The translations under genes were made by a program, and so were the position numbers. Shown here one piece after another: positions 19,978 to 29,432 of a stretch of 64,000 nt of DNA. The stretch is taken from contig CAWFQB010000003.1 in NCBI GenBank assembly GCA_963817895.1, positions 256,001-320,000 of the forward strand, read 5' to 3'. Position 1 is the stretch's first letter. Every line of letters starts with the position of its first letter. The DNA comes from an uncultured Chthonomonadaceae bacterium. Lineage in GTDB: Bacteria; Armatimonadota; Chthonomonadetes; Chthonomonadales; Chthonomonadaceae. The notes under the pieces were generated by a model. That model did not search any database. It saw only the letters and a list, made by a program, of their open reading frames with translations, and was not told where the DNA came from.

Positions 19978-21700
19978 GTGCCGCTGCCGGGAAACACGGC
20001 GCGGCCTGTTTCTAAACTTAAAAGCCATTCGCAGTTGTGGGCGCTGCGCAACGTATACGAAAACGGTTCGCGTAAGCGGCGCCCCTTCCCGCGCCTCCCC
20101 GAGCAGGTTCAGCGCGACGTGGGGACTGCGCCTCTCATCGTTTTATTCGCGTTCGCCTGCGGGCCGCTTGCGCTGTGGAGCGCGGCAGGACAGCGTGCGC
20201 TTCCCGCGGCTGGGTATCGGCTGCATCCTGTTCCTGTTGCTGCGGCGTTCCCCCGCCTGGGGCGTTTTCCTCACCCTGCTGTACCTGTCTCTTCTCGGCG
20301 GCATACGGCGCTGGCTTGTGCCCGCGCTCGGCTGGACTTCTGCGGACCCGCTGCTGCTGGTCGCGCCCACGCTGGTTCTGATCAACTTCCTGAATATGCT
20401 GTTGACGCGGCGCGTTCCCACCGATACGCGCCTGGCCCGCAGTCTGTTGTGGCTGCTTGCCATCATGTTCGTGGAGATTTTTAATCCGCTTCAGGGCAGT
20501 TTGAGCGTGGGGCTGGCAGGCGTCCTGTTTACCATTGTGCCTGTTCTCTGGTATTATTATGGAAGACACATGGGCAGCGAAATCGTTCTGCGGCGCCTGT
20601 TGGCGGCGGTTGTCGGAATAGCCCTGTTGGGTGCGCTGTATGGCCTGTATCAGACCTATTTCGGACTGCTTCCGGCGGAAAAGGAGTGGCTGGAACTTAA
20701 CAAAGCAAGTTATGGCGCCCTTTTTGTTACCGACAAGATCATTCGGGTATTCTCCTTTTTCACCTCTTCACAGGAGTACATGCAGGTTGTCGGTATGGGC
20801 GTGGTTGTGCTGTGGGCGGCATTTTTGCGCGGCGCGCGCCTGGCGCTGCTGCCCCTTCCCTTCCTGGCCGCGATGATTTTTCTGTCCAGCATGCGCGGCG
20901 CGGTTGTGGTTACTCTGTTCGCCTGCATGGTGCTGTGGGCTGTGCAGGGGCGCGCGGTTCTGGCATGGGGGCCACGCTTCGCGCTTGCTCTCATACTGGC
21001 TGCCGCCGGATTGTCCTGGAGTTTACAGCAGGTGCAGAGTCAGGAGTATGATACGCGCACTCAGGCTCTGGTGACGCATCAGGTAAACGGCCTGCTCGCT
21101 TCCTCCGACCCGAAGCGCCCCGTGTCTACGGCAGGTACGCATATGTTCATGGTGGCATCGGGCGTACTGGCGGGGTTTCGAGTGCCGACAGGACGCGGAT
21201 TAGGCTCCACTACGATTGCCGGCAGTAAATTCGATGACGACAATAAAAATAGTGGTACGGAGGTTGATATAAGCGATGCTTTTGCCGCATTGGGCTTCGC
21301 GGGCGGTTTTGTTTATCTGGGCGTGATCTGCTTTGTGATGTCGAGCGTGATTCAACTGTGGCGCGCGACGCGCAGTTTCACCGCTCTGGCGACGCTGGGA
21401 GTTCTGGTTGTGCATATGGGACACTGGCTGCACGGCGGCTCCTACGCCGCCACGATGATTGTCTGGTTTCTGATTGGCGGCATGGAACGTTCCCTGATAA
21501 GCGCGCGTTCAGCCCAAGCGCGGGCCATTTCTGATGCGCAAACCGCCGTCGCGTCCGAAGAAGCCGGCGAAGCCGACGTGAATGTGACGCCGGCAGAACG
21601 CGCTTTCCTGCAAAATACGCCTCGTGGTCGCTGGCAGGCGCGGCAGAAACTGCTCCTGAAGTCCGACAGCCCGAAATCCGGCGGAAGGGCGCGCCGATGA
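19978..21700 (+). CDS. Polytopic membrane protein, Wzy polymerase/O-antigen ligase-like (probable frameshift near 20210)
   Basis: About 12 TMs, RVFSFF, SSMRGA and PTGRGLGS motifs; start uncertain. Confidence 0.65.
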
Positions 21701-22893
21701 ACCTTGCGCTGATTACCCATAAAGTTGTCAAAGGGGAGGGGCAGGCGCGCGTCAATTATGAGATCGCGAAGCGGGCCGCATCCGCCGGCTGGCGCGTGAC
21801 GCTGATCGCGGGCGAGGTGTCGCCCGAACTTCAAGACTGTTCGCGAATAACGTGGGTTAAAATCCCCTGGTCGGATCGGTTCTCCGTACTGGCAGGAGTA
21901 TGGGACTTCGCGTGGCGCAGCGCGCGCTGGCTGCGAACGCGGCGCGAACCGTTCGACGCGATTCATGTGAATGGCTTCGTCACCTGGGCGGCGGGAGATG
22001 TCAACGCGGTTCATTTTGTCCATTCGGCCTGGCAGCGCTCCCCCTGGCATCCCTGCCGGACACAATCTCACTCCGGCAAAAGCGGGGGCGGGGGCAAATT
22101 CCCCGGCGCGCATAGCGCGTATCAATGGCTGTTTACCAGTCTGAATGTCCGTTGGGAACAGCAGGCATTTCGGAAAGCGCGGCGCATCATTGCGGTTTCG
22201 GGGCAGGTGCGGCAGGAACTCATTGCCGCAGGGGTTGCCCCCGACAAAATCCGCGTGATTGGCAACGGGGTGGATCTGGATGAGTTTCATCCGGGCGTGG
22301 AGGACAGAAACGCGCTCGGCCTGCCTCCTGACGCGCCGCTTGCCCTGTTTGCGGGAGATTTGCGCCTGCCGCGCAAAAATCTGGATACCGTGTTGCAGGC
22401 AATGACCCGCCTGCCGGACTTGCATCTGGCGGTAGCGGGGAGAGTGGAAGGCAGCCCCTACCCGGCAATGGCGGCCGGTTTGGGCGTGCAAGACCGGGTC
22501 CATTTTCTCGGTTTTCGCTCCGACATGCCCGCCCTGATGCGCGCCTGTGATTTTCTCGCGTTTCCGTCGCGCTATGAGCCGTTCGGCCTGGTGCTGCTGG
22601 AAGCCCTCGCGTCCGGTCTGCCCGTCCTGACCGCGTCGTCAGCGGGCGGCGCGGAGATTTTGAGCGCGGCTTGCGGGCATGTTCTTGACGACCCCGAAGA
22701 TGCAGAGGAGTTGGCTGCCGTCGCGCAGGCATGGATAGCGCAGCCGGAACGCCTGCGCCAGATGGCACTGGCCGCCCGGCAAATCGCGCGGGAACACAGC
22801 TGGAATCGAATGGCGGACGCCTATCTGAGCCTGTATACGGAAATCGCCGATATGAAGGCGTTGCCCGCATACGGCGGGGCGGTTTTATTGTGA
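21697..22893 (+). CDS. GT4 glycosyltransferase
   Basis: NGVDL, RKN, PSRYEPFGLVLLEALASGLPV. Confidence 0.92.
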   Translation: MNLALITHKVVKGEGQARVNYEIAKRAASAGWRVTLIAGEVSPELQDCSRITWVKIPWSDRFSVLAGVWDFAWRSARWLRTRREPFDAIHVNGFVTWAAGDVNAVHFVHSAWQRSPWHPCRTQSHSGKSGGGGKFPGAHSAYQWLFTSLNVRWEQQAFRKARRIIAVSGQVRQELIAAGVAPDKIRVIGNGVDLDEFHPGVEDRNALGLPPDAPLALFAGDLRLPRKNLDTVLQAMTRLPDLHLAVAGRVEGSPYPAMAAGLGVQDRVHFLGFRSDMPALMRACDFLAFPSRYEPFGLVLLEALASGLPVLTASSAGGAEILSAACGHVLDDPEDAEELAAVAQAWIAQPERLRQMALAARQIAREHSWNRMADAYLSLYTEIADMKALPAYGGAVLL

Positions 22894-24023
22894 CGCGCAT
22901 CCTGTGCATCAACACGGGCGGGGCAGGCAGTCTGGACGAAGCCCGCGCGCGAACGTTGGCCGCCTGCCTGGAAGCCGACGTAACTCATTTCGGCGTCGTC
23001 CGCTCCGCGTCGCGGGCGGAATCCGGTCGTGAAATCAGCAGGCTCCTGCGTTCGGAATCGTGGGATATGGTGTATCAGGAGGGGACGGGAATTGCAGCCG
23101 GCGCAAGCCTGATTCGGGCGGCGCGGGAGCGCGAACAGCGTTTCATCGTATCGGGCGGAGATCCCATCGGCGGTTTTTTTCATGTTACCGCCGGCCCGGT
23201 TCACGGCCTGGCGTTCGGGCTGTATGAGCGCGCGCTGTATCGCGCCTGCGCGGGTTATGTGGGCTGGACGCCGTATCTCACCGGTATGGCGCTCGCTCTG
23301 GGCGCGAAGCGGGCCGTAACCGTCGAGGGCGGGGTTGACCTGGCGCTGTTTCAGCCCTGTTCCCCTACAGACCGGCTGGCATATCGGCAAAAATGGAACA
23401 TTCCCGCTTCCCATCTGGTATGCGGGGTGGTGGGCAGCCTGCGCTGGACGCCGCGCCAATCGTACTGTTACGGCCTGGAACTGCTGGAAACGCTAAAGCG
23501 TTTGCGCCGCGAAGACGTGACCCTGCTGATTGTGGGGGATGGCGACGGGCGCAGCCGTCTGGAACAGGCGTTACCGGCAGCCCTGCGCCATCGGGCCGTT
23601 TTTACCGGGCGTGTGCCAGCCCCCGATGTGGCGGCGGCTATCAACTGCATGGACATCGGCTTTATCACGCAAACGCTGGATCGGCTGGGCAACTACCGCC
23701 TGACGACGAAATTGCCGGAGTACATGGCCTGTGGCGTTCCCGTCGCGATGAGTCCGGTTCCGGGCTTTTATGATTACGCCGCGCCTGCGGGCTGGGCATT
23801 GCCCGCGCTGCATCCGGCAAGTCCGATGTTTCATCAACAATGCGCGGCCTGGCTGGACGATCTGGAAGCGGGTGAAATCCGGGCAAAAGCCGGCCATGCC
23901 CGCGAAGTGGCCGTCCGCCATTTCGACTATGAGGTGCTTGGCAGGCGCTTTCGACGTTTTGTACAGGAACTACTGCCGGTTGGAAACAGGTCAACGGAAC
24001 CGCATAAATGGCAACAATTTTGA
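22890..24023 (+). CDS. GT4-like glycosyltransferase
   Basis: GGVDLALF, IVGDGDG, TTKLPEYMACGVPV; GTG start overlaps the previous stop. Confidence 0.85.
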   Translation: MTRILCINTGGAGSLDEARARTLAACLEADVTHFGVVRSASRAESGREISRLLRSESWDMVYQEGTGIAAGASLIRAAREREQRFIVSGGDPIGGFFHVTAGPVHGLAFGLYERALYRACAGYVGWTPYLTGMALALGAKRAVTVEGGVDLALFQPCSPTDRLAYRQKWNIPASHLVCGVVGSLRWTPRQSYCYGLELLETLKRLRREDVTLLIVGDGDGRSRLEQALPAALRHRAVFTGRVPAPDVAAAINCMDIGFITQTLDRLGNYRLTTKLPEYMACGVPVAMSPVPGFYDYAAPAGWALPALHPASPMFHQQCAAWLDDLEAGEIRAKAGHAREVAVRHFDYEVLGRRFRRFVQELLPVGNRSTEPHKWQQF

Positions 24024-25213
24024 ATGAATGTCGTGCGCCAGAGGGACTGAAACGGGATACGAACGGCATGAAGGTGCTAATGGTCGGGATGGACTGGCTT
24101 CCCAACGGGGAAGGGGGTCTGAACCGTTACTTTTATGACGCGGTCAACGCCCTGCCGGATGTCGGCGTGGAGGGCAGCGCGCTGGTCACGTTTCTGCATC
24201 CGGGGCAGTGCGCGTCCCTGCGCCTGCACGCGATGGCTCCGCCCGGCGCTTCGCTGCTGCAGGTGTGGCGCGGCGCGCGCATTGCCGCGCGCCGCGAACT
24301 GCAAACGGGGATTGATCTGGTGAACGCGCACCATGCGCTGTACGCCTGGCCCTGGCTGCGCGACCTGCCCCGCGACATGCCTCTGGTGGTTAATTTTCAG
24401 GGCCCCTGGGCGGAAGAGATTTCGGTAGAAGCGACCAAGCGATTTCGTAAGTTGCGCATTATGCTGGCGCGGCATATCGAAAGGCGCGTGTATCAGCGCG
24501 CCAATGGCATCATCACGCTGTCGGAAGCGTTTCGGGATGAAGTGCAGGGGCGTTACGGGGTTGCGCCCAACCGGGTGCGGGTGGTTCCGGGGGGCGTGGA
24601 TACGCGCCCGTTTCTGGCCGCGCCGGACCGTCAGCGGGCGCGAAACCTGCTGAACTGGCCGCAGGATCGTCCGATTATCATGAGTGTGCGCCGCCTGACG
24701 CGGCGTATGGGGCTTGAGAATTTAGTGGCGGCGTTTGATGCGGTACGCGGGGCGCATCCCGACGCGCTGCTGTATATCGGCGGCAAGGGCCATTTGTCCG
24801 AAGAATTGCAGCATCAGATTGACCGGCTCGGCCTTCGCGAACAGGTGAAGTTGCTGGGCTTTATTCCCGACGCCGACCTGCCCCTGGCATACGCCGCAGC
24901 CGACATTATGGTCGTGCCGACGCTTGCTCTGGAGGGGTTCGGCCTGGTCACGCTGGAAGCTCTCGCAGCCGGGACACCCGTAATGGGAACGCCCATCGGC
25001 GGCACTCCCGAAATCTTGCGACGGCTGGATGAGCGTCTGATTTTCGACGCGGCCACTCCCGCGGCAATGGCCGCGCATATCACTGCCGCGCTCGACGGCA
25101 GGCTTGAACTTCCCGACCGCGCCACCTGCCGCCAATTCGCGCAGCAGTACGCCTGGTCGGAAATCGCCCCCCGCCTGCGCGATGTGTTCGAGGAATTCGT
25201 CGTCAAACCATAA
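24008..25213 (+). CDS. GT4 glycosyltransferase
   Basis: GGLNRY, PGGVD, EGFGLVTLEALAAGTPV; alternative start at 24068. Confidence 0.9.
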   Translation: MATILNECRAPEGLKRDTNGMKVLMVGMDWLPNGEGGLNRYFYDAVNALPDVGVEGSALVTFLHPGQCASLRLHAMAPPGASLLQVWRGARIAARRELQTGIDLVNAHHALYAWPWLRDLPRDMPLVVNFQGPWAEEISVEATKRFRKLRIMLARHIERRVYQRANGIITLSEAFRDEVQGRYGVAPNRVRVVPGGVDTRPFLAAPDRQRARNLLNWPQDRPIIMSVRRLTRRMGLENLVAAFDAVRGAHPDALLYIGGKGHLSEELQHQIDRLGLREQVKLLGFIPDADLPLAYAAADIMVVPTLALEGFGLVTLEALAAGTPVMGTPIGGTPEILRRLDERLIFDAATPAAMAAHITAALDGRLELPDRATCRQFAQQYAWSEIAPRLRDVFEEFVVKP

Positions 25214-25217
25214 AAGG

Positions 25218-25392
25218 CCATCCCAATACCGTAGGGACATAACTTGTTATGTCCTCCGGGCCTGGTCTGTGACGAACCCGCCCACAGCTTTCACGACCAT
25301 CCCAATACCGTAGGGACATAACTTGTTATGTCCTTCGCCTGCGCGGATATAACCTATCCACAGAAGAGGACATAACAAGTTATGTCCCTACG
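25218..25392. repeat. GTAG-type REP cluster (two direct copies and one inverted)
   Basis: GTAGGGACATAACTTGTTATGTCCT at 25231 and 25310, reverse copy at 25367-25392; lies between convergent genes. Confidence 0.88.
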
Positions 25393-25411
25393 ATACCATC
25401 TTCCTCCTCCC

Positions 25412-26257
25412 CTACTTCCTCGCCATTTCCACACCCGGCGCAAGTCGGTGCTTGAATCGGTCGAATCGGTCACGGTCATCATAAACCAGAATGGCATTGG
25501 TCAGTTTGCGGGAGGGGGAAATCCGCATTTTGGCGTGATCGTAGAAGCCGAGCGAACCGCCCGCGTCCAGATTCATGGCGTCCACGCAACCCAACCGTTT
25601 CATCACTTTCGCCATCCGCCCCAACTGAATCTGGCTGCGCGTGGCGACGAACACCAGTTTATTGCGCGAAGTGACGCCGACCGCAAGGCGGGTTGCCGAG
25701 CCGAGCAGATGCGGATCGTGGAACCCCTCCGGGCCGGGATGCACTTCCGCAACGCCCTCCGTTACGAGGCGAGGACCGGCGCAACAGACAAAATCGTACT
25801 GGCTCCAGTCCATCCAGGCGTAGTTGTGCGGGGGATGCACGAAATTGCACTGATTATCATTGGTCAGGCACAGGGCTGTGCCGACGCCGCCCCGATGCGC
25901 GAGCTTGCCATTAACTACAATATCTCCGATAGGAATCAGCGACTGTTCGCAGAAATAGGTTCCCGTAAACGCCGCTGTGGGGTGTGAGCGGTGAATCATA
26001 TCGGCGAACTTTTCCGAGTGTCCCCGCCCATACTGCGCCATCATGCCCGTCACCTTCACGTTCGGGTCATTAAGATCAACCGTCAGCACCATCACGGAAA
26101 CGCCCGCCGACGTGCCGCGCGTCAGACCGACGCTGTTGGCCCGCGAAGGCGCAATACCGCCCGCCATCAGCAGCGCGCCCATTCCCAAACATGCGGCGGC
26201 TTTTCTAAACCACGACTGCGATTGTTCTCGCGCAGTCTTGCGTATCTCATTCCTCAT
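25412..26257 (-). CDS. Secreted phosphodiester glycosidase (NAGPA/DUF2233) family protein
   Basis: Signal peptide, AGPRLV, RLAVGV, AMNLDAGGS, RKLTNAI. Confidence 0.85.
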   Translation of the reverse strand: MRNEIRKTAREQSQSWFRKAAACLGMGALLMAGGIAPSRANSVGLTRGTSAGVSVMVLTVDLNDPNVKVTGMMAQYGRGHSEKFADMIHRSHPTAAFTGTYFCEQSLIPIGDIVVNGKLAHRGGVGTALCLTNDNQCNFVHPPHNYAWMDWSQYDFVCCAGPRLVTEGVAEVHPGPEGFHDPHLLGSATRLAVGVTSRNKLVFVATRSQIQLGRMAKVMKRLGCVDAMNLDAGGSLGFYDHAKMRISPSRKLTNAILVYDDRDRFDRFKHRLAPGVEMARK

Positions 26258-26559
26258 GCACCTGTCCCCGTCTTTCTAATGTTCCCTGACGCATTGCCGC
26301 GCGTAAAATTTCTATGGTGAATAGCTGGCTGAAGCGCTCAACCCTGTGTGGCTGCAAGGGGTTCGTGTGTAGCGTTCACATAGTTCGCGACACAATACGG
26401 TTTTACCTCTCTTTGCCGCGAAAAATCGCCTTGCTCCCCTGCATATTCTTATGTATGGCGTCAGGGGAAGAGAAAAATAGACTGAATCAAACTCCTCCGA
26501 ACCGCGTTGAATGTGTTGACAGGGGGTGAGGAACGGAAGGCAACACGGAAGGAGCGAGT

Positions 26560-27147
26560 ATGGAGGATGACGCGCTGATGCAGGCGGTGGCGGCAGGGGA
26601 TAATCAGGCGTTCGGGGCGCTCGTGACGAAGTATCAGGGCGAAGTGACGCGGGTTGCCGGTCGCCTGCTGCGTGACCGCGAATCGGCGCGGGATGTGGCG
26701 CAGGAAACCTTCTTGCGGGTGTGGCGGGCGCGATTGCAATATCGGGCAGACGGCAAATTCCGCTTGTACCTGCTTCGCATCGCGCATAATGCCTGTCTGG
26801 ACCATCTTCGCGCCCGCGTCCCCTGCGAATCGCTGGACGAATGGCAGGAGCAGGGGCGCGACATGGAGGGTTCGGGCGTATCCGGCGCGGCGCGGCAGGC
26901 TGAAGCCCGAATGTTGTTTCAGGACGTACAAACAGCCCTGTCCACATTACCCCACGCGCAGCGGGTCGTATTCGTGTTAAGTTGTTGTGAAGGGTTATCG
27001 TACAAAGAGATCGCGCATGTGCTGGAATGTCCGATTGGAACCGTAGCGTCGCGCAAAGCGTTGGCGCTGGAAACCCTGCGCCGCCGCCTGTATCATTGGA
27101 ACGACGACGGCATTGCAGTTTCTGCATCGGGAGAGGATAGAAAATGA
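26560..27147 (+). CDS. ECF sigma-70 factor
   Basis: GDNQAFGALV, DVAQETFLRVW, RIAHNACLDHLR, GLSYKEIA...PIGTVASR. Confidence 0.93.
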   Translation: MEDDALMQAVAAGDNQAFGALVTKYQGEVTRVAGRLLRDRESARDVAQETFLRVWRARLQYRADGKFRLYLLRIAHNACLDHLRARVPCESLDEWQEQGRDMEGSGVSGAARQAEARMLFQDVQTALSTLPHAQRVVFVLSCCEGLSYKEIAHVLECPIGTVASRKALALETLRRRLYHWNDDGIAVSASGEDRK

Positions 27148-27587
27148 ACTGCGAAGAAACACGTTCGCTGCTGGCGGCATGGCTGGACGGCGAGTTGGCG
27201 CAAAACACAGGTGACAATGTGGAAGCGCATGTTGCGAATTGCCACGAGTGCGGCACAATAGCGGCCTCGTACCGAAATATATTGCAAACTTTTCAAGCGA
27301 CTGACGCAGCCGCCTTACTCGAAGCGCCGGTTGCCGAACAAAACGCCGCAAGCCTGTGGCAAGACATCCAACTGCAAATACAGGCGGAAGACAGCGCGGT
27401 TTTACGTCAGGAGATGGCACAGATGTGGCAAATGCTGACCGCGCTGCAACGGGAAGTGAGTGAACTGCGCCGACAGGTAAACAGCCCCGCCAAAAGCCCG
27501 CGTCAGCGTGAAATCAGCCGTTTCGACATACTTATGCCCGGAACGCCGCCCCTGAACACATCCACCAATCTGCGTTCGCTGCTGTAG
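27144..27587 (+). CDS. Zinc-binding anti-sigma factor (zf-HC2), soluble, with coiled coil
   Basis: MNCEE...LDGEL...HVANCHEC (HxxxCxxC); no TM; overlaps the sigma stop. Confidence 0.85.
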   Translation: MNCEETRSLLAAWLDGELAQNTGDNVEAHVANCHECGTIAASYRNILQTFQATDAAALLEAPVAEQNAASLWQDIQLQIQAEDSAVLRQEMAQMWQMLTALQREVSELRRQVNSPAKSPRQREISRFDILMPGTPPLNTSTNLRSLL

Positions 27588-27629
27588 AACGGGGAACAGG
27601 AACACCGAACGCCGAACACCTGAACACCC
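27588..27629. repeat. Short GAACACC-type tandem array
   Basis: AACGGGGAACAGGAACACCGAACGCCGAACACCTGAACACCC directly after the anti-sigma stop codon. Confidence 0.6.
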
Positions 27630-27645
27630 AATTTTGGAGAACATA

Positions 27646-28687
27646 ATGGAAGCAAATGCGCTTTTAGAAGAGATGATTACCCGCAATGCGTCTGACCTGC
27701 ATCTGGTGGAGGGGCAACTCCCCGCGTTTCGCGTGGAGGGCGGGCTTGCGCGGCATGACGGGCCGGTTTTGCAGGCTGAAACGCTGCAACCCTTTGTCGC
27801 CACTCTGTTGAGCGAGGCGCAACAGGCGATGCTGGAAGAGGGCTACGATGTCAGCGTTTCGTATCGTCATGCCGAACGCCTGTTTCAGTGCCGGGTACTG
27901 CAAAGCGAGGGCAAGCCGACAATTGCCGTTCGCCTCGTAATGAACCACGTTCCGCAAATGGAAGAACTGCGCTATGCGCCCGACGTTCTGGCAACGCTGA
28001 ACGCTCTGATTCGCAAACCGCGGGCTGCTGCTGGTCACGGGCGAAACCGGAAGCGGCAAGCAAACGCTGTGCGCGTCCCTGCTGGAAAGCGTTAATAGAG
28101 AAATCGGAGCGCGCATCTGGACGCTGGAAAACCCGATCAATTGCGAAATGACAAGCAGGCAGGCGTTGATTACGCAGCGTCAGGTCGGGCGCGATGTGGC
28201 GAGTTTCGAGGCCGGATTGCAGTCTGCCGAAGATGCCGATGTGAACATCGTTTACGTCAGCGAACTGCGCAGTCTGGAAGCCGTGCAACTTGCGCTCACG
28301 CTGGCGGAAACCGGGCATACGGTTATGGCGGTCATGGGTGTGGGCAGCGCGTCAGCAGCGATTGAACGGCTCATAGACGTGTTCGGCGCGCAGGGCAATA
28401 CGATCCGGCAACTGCTGGCGCAAACCCTGATCGGCGTGGTCGCGCAACGTTTGCTTCGCCGGACGGAAAAGGGGCGTGTTCCCATTGTGGAAATTCTGCT
28501 CAACACGCCCCGCGTACAGCAGCAAATCCGCGCCGGACAAACCGACTTCACGCTGGCAATGGAAGCCGGTCGCGCAGACGGGATGCAGACAATGGACGAC
28601 GCCGTTTGCGCCGCCCATCATTCAGGAGAAATCAGCGAGTCAACCGCCCGCGAACACCTCCTCGACGGGAAACGCCTGAATTCCTGA
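27646..28687 (+). CDS. PilT/PilU-like ATPase, degenerate motifs (frameshifts near 28020 and 28090)
   Basis: NASDLHL, GLLLVTGETGSGKQT, TLENPI, QRQVGRD, AETGH, AQRL, GMQTMDD. Confidence 0.8.
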
Positions 28688-28800
28688 CGCGCCTGTTTGC
28701 GCTCGAAGAGAGTTTAACGGAAGGGGCGTTTTTCATAATACTTTCATAGAACCCTGCCACACTATAAAAGAAGCAAACATTTGGAATGCTATGTTCCAGG

Positions 28801-28823
28801 CCGTAGGGACTCTCCTCCTACGG
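28801..28823. repeat. Degenerate REP remnant
   Basis: CCGTAGGGAC-TCTCCT-CCTACGG keeps both REP termini; lies between convergent genes. Confidence 0.45.
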
Positions 28824-28853
28824 CTCTTTTTTGCCCGCTTATTTGCTGCTCTG

Positions 28854-29408
28854 CTATTCCTGCCCTCCCACTGCGCGGACAAGCTGTTCCGAAGGCGTCT
28901 GCTGCTCTTCTGTGGCGGCGCGGAGTAATACGGTTTCTTGCGCCTGCCTCGGTTCAGCGGAAGCGCGTACCAGACTTTCCGGGGCAGGCAAATCGGGCGT
29001 GTTGGCGCGAGTAAGGGGAACACCGGGGGCAATGGCTCTCAGCGCCTGCATCGCTTCTGATGCCATCCGCCTGCACATGCGGGCAAACAGCGCTGACAGG
29101 AGTGCGACAAGCAGACTCCCGCCTGCCCCTTGAAAAGATTTCTGCGAAAGACAAATACATGTAATGACAAGACAGCCCACAGTTATCAGCGCCACGAAAC
29201 CCGTGGAGAACCATAAGCCCGCGCCCAACAGTCCCATAAACGCGCGGTCCGCCTGCGCTTGAACATACGCGCTTTTGCTCACAATCCGTTTGCGCCTCAG
29301 ATTCAGCGGCATGGCCTGTTCGCTGACGCGCGCGGGTTCAGATTGTTGAATCTGGTTTTCGGGTCGCAGGGTTGTTTCTACCGGCTCTTGTTCGTGAAGC
29401 GTCTGCAT
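28854..29408 (-). CDS. Hypothetical 2-TM membrane protein
   Basis: RBS AGGAG, two hydrophobic segments, three L[LV]RA motifs in the C-terminus. Confidence 0.65.
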   Translation of the reverse strand: MQTLHEQEPVETTLRPENQIQQSEPARVSEQAMPLNLRRKRIVSKSAYVQAQADRAFMGLLGAGLWFSTGFVALITVGCLVITCICLSQKSFQGAGGSLLVALLSALFARMCRRMASEAMQALRAIAPGVPLTRANTPDLPAPESLVRASAEPRQAQETVLLRAATEEQQTPSEQLVRAVGGQE

Positions 29409-29432
29409 CTTTGTGGCTCCTCGCGCTGGCGG

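Noticed and set aside
25218..25334. Two identical 38-bp palindromic repeats with a 41-nt spacer, resembling a mini CRISPR
   Set aside because: The third copy is inverted, the units begin with GTAG, variants recur at 54 kb, and no cas genes or leader are present; this fits REP elements
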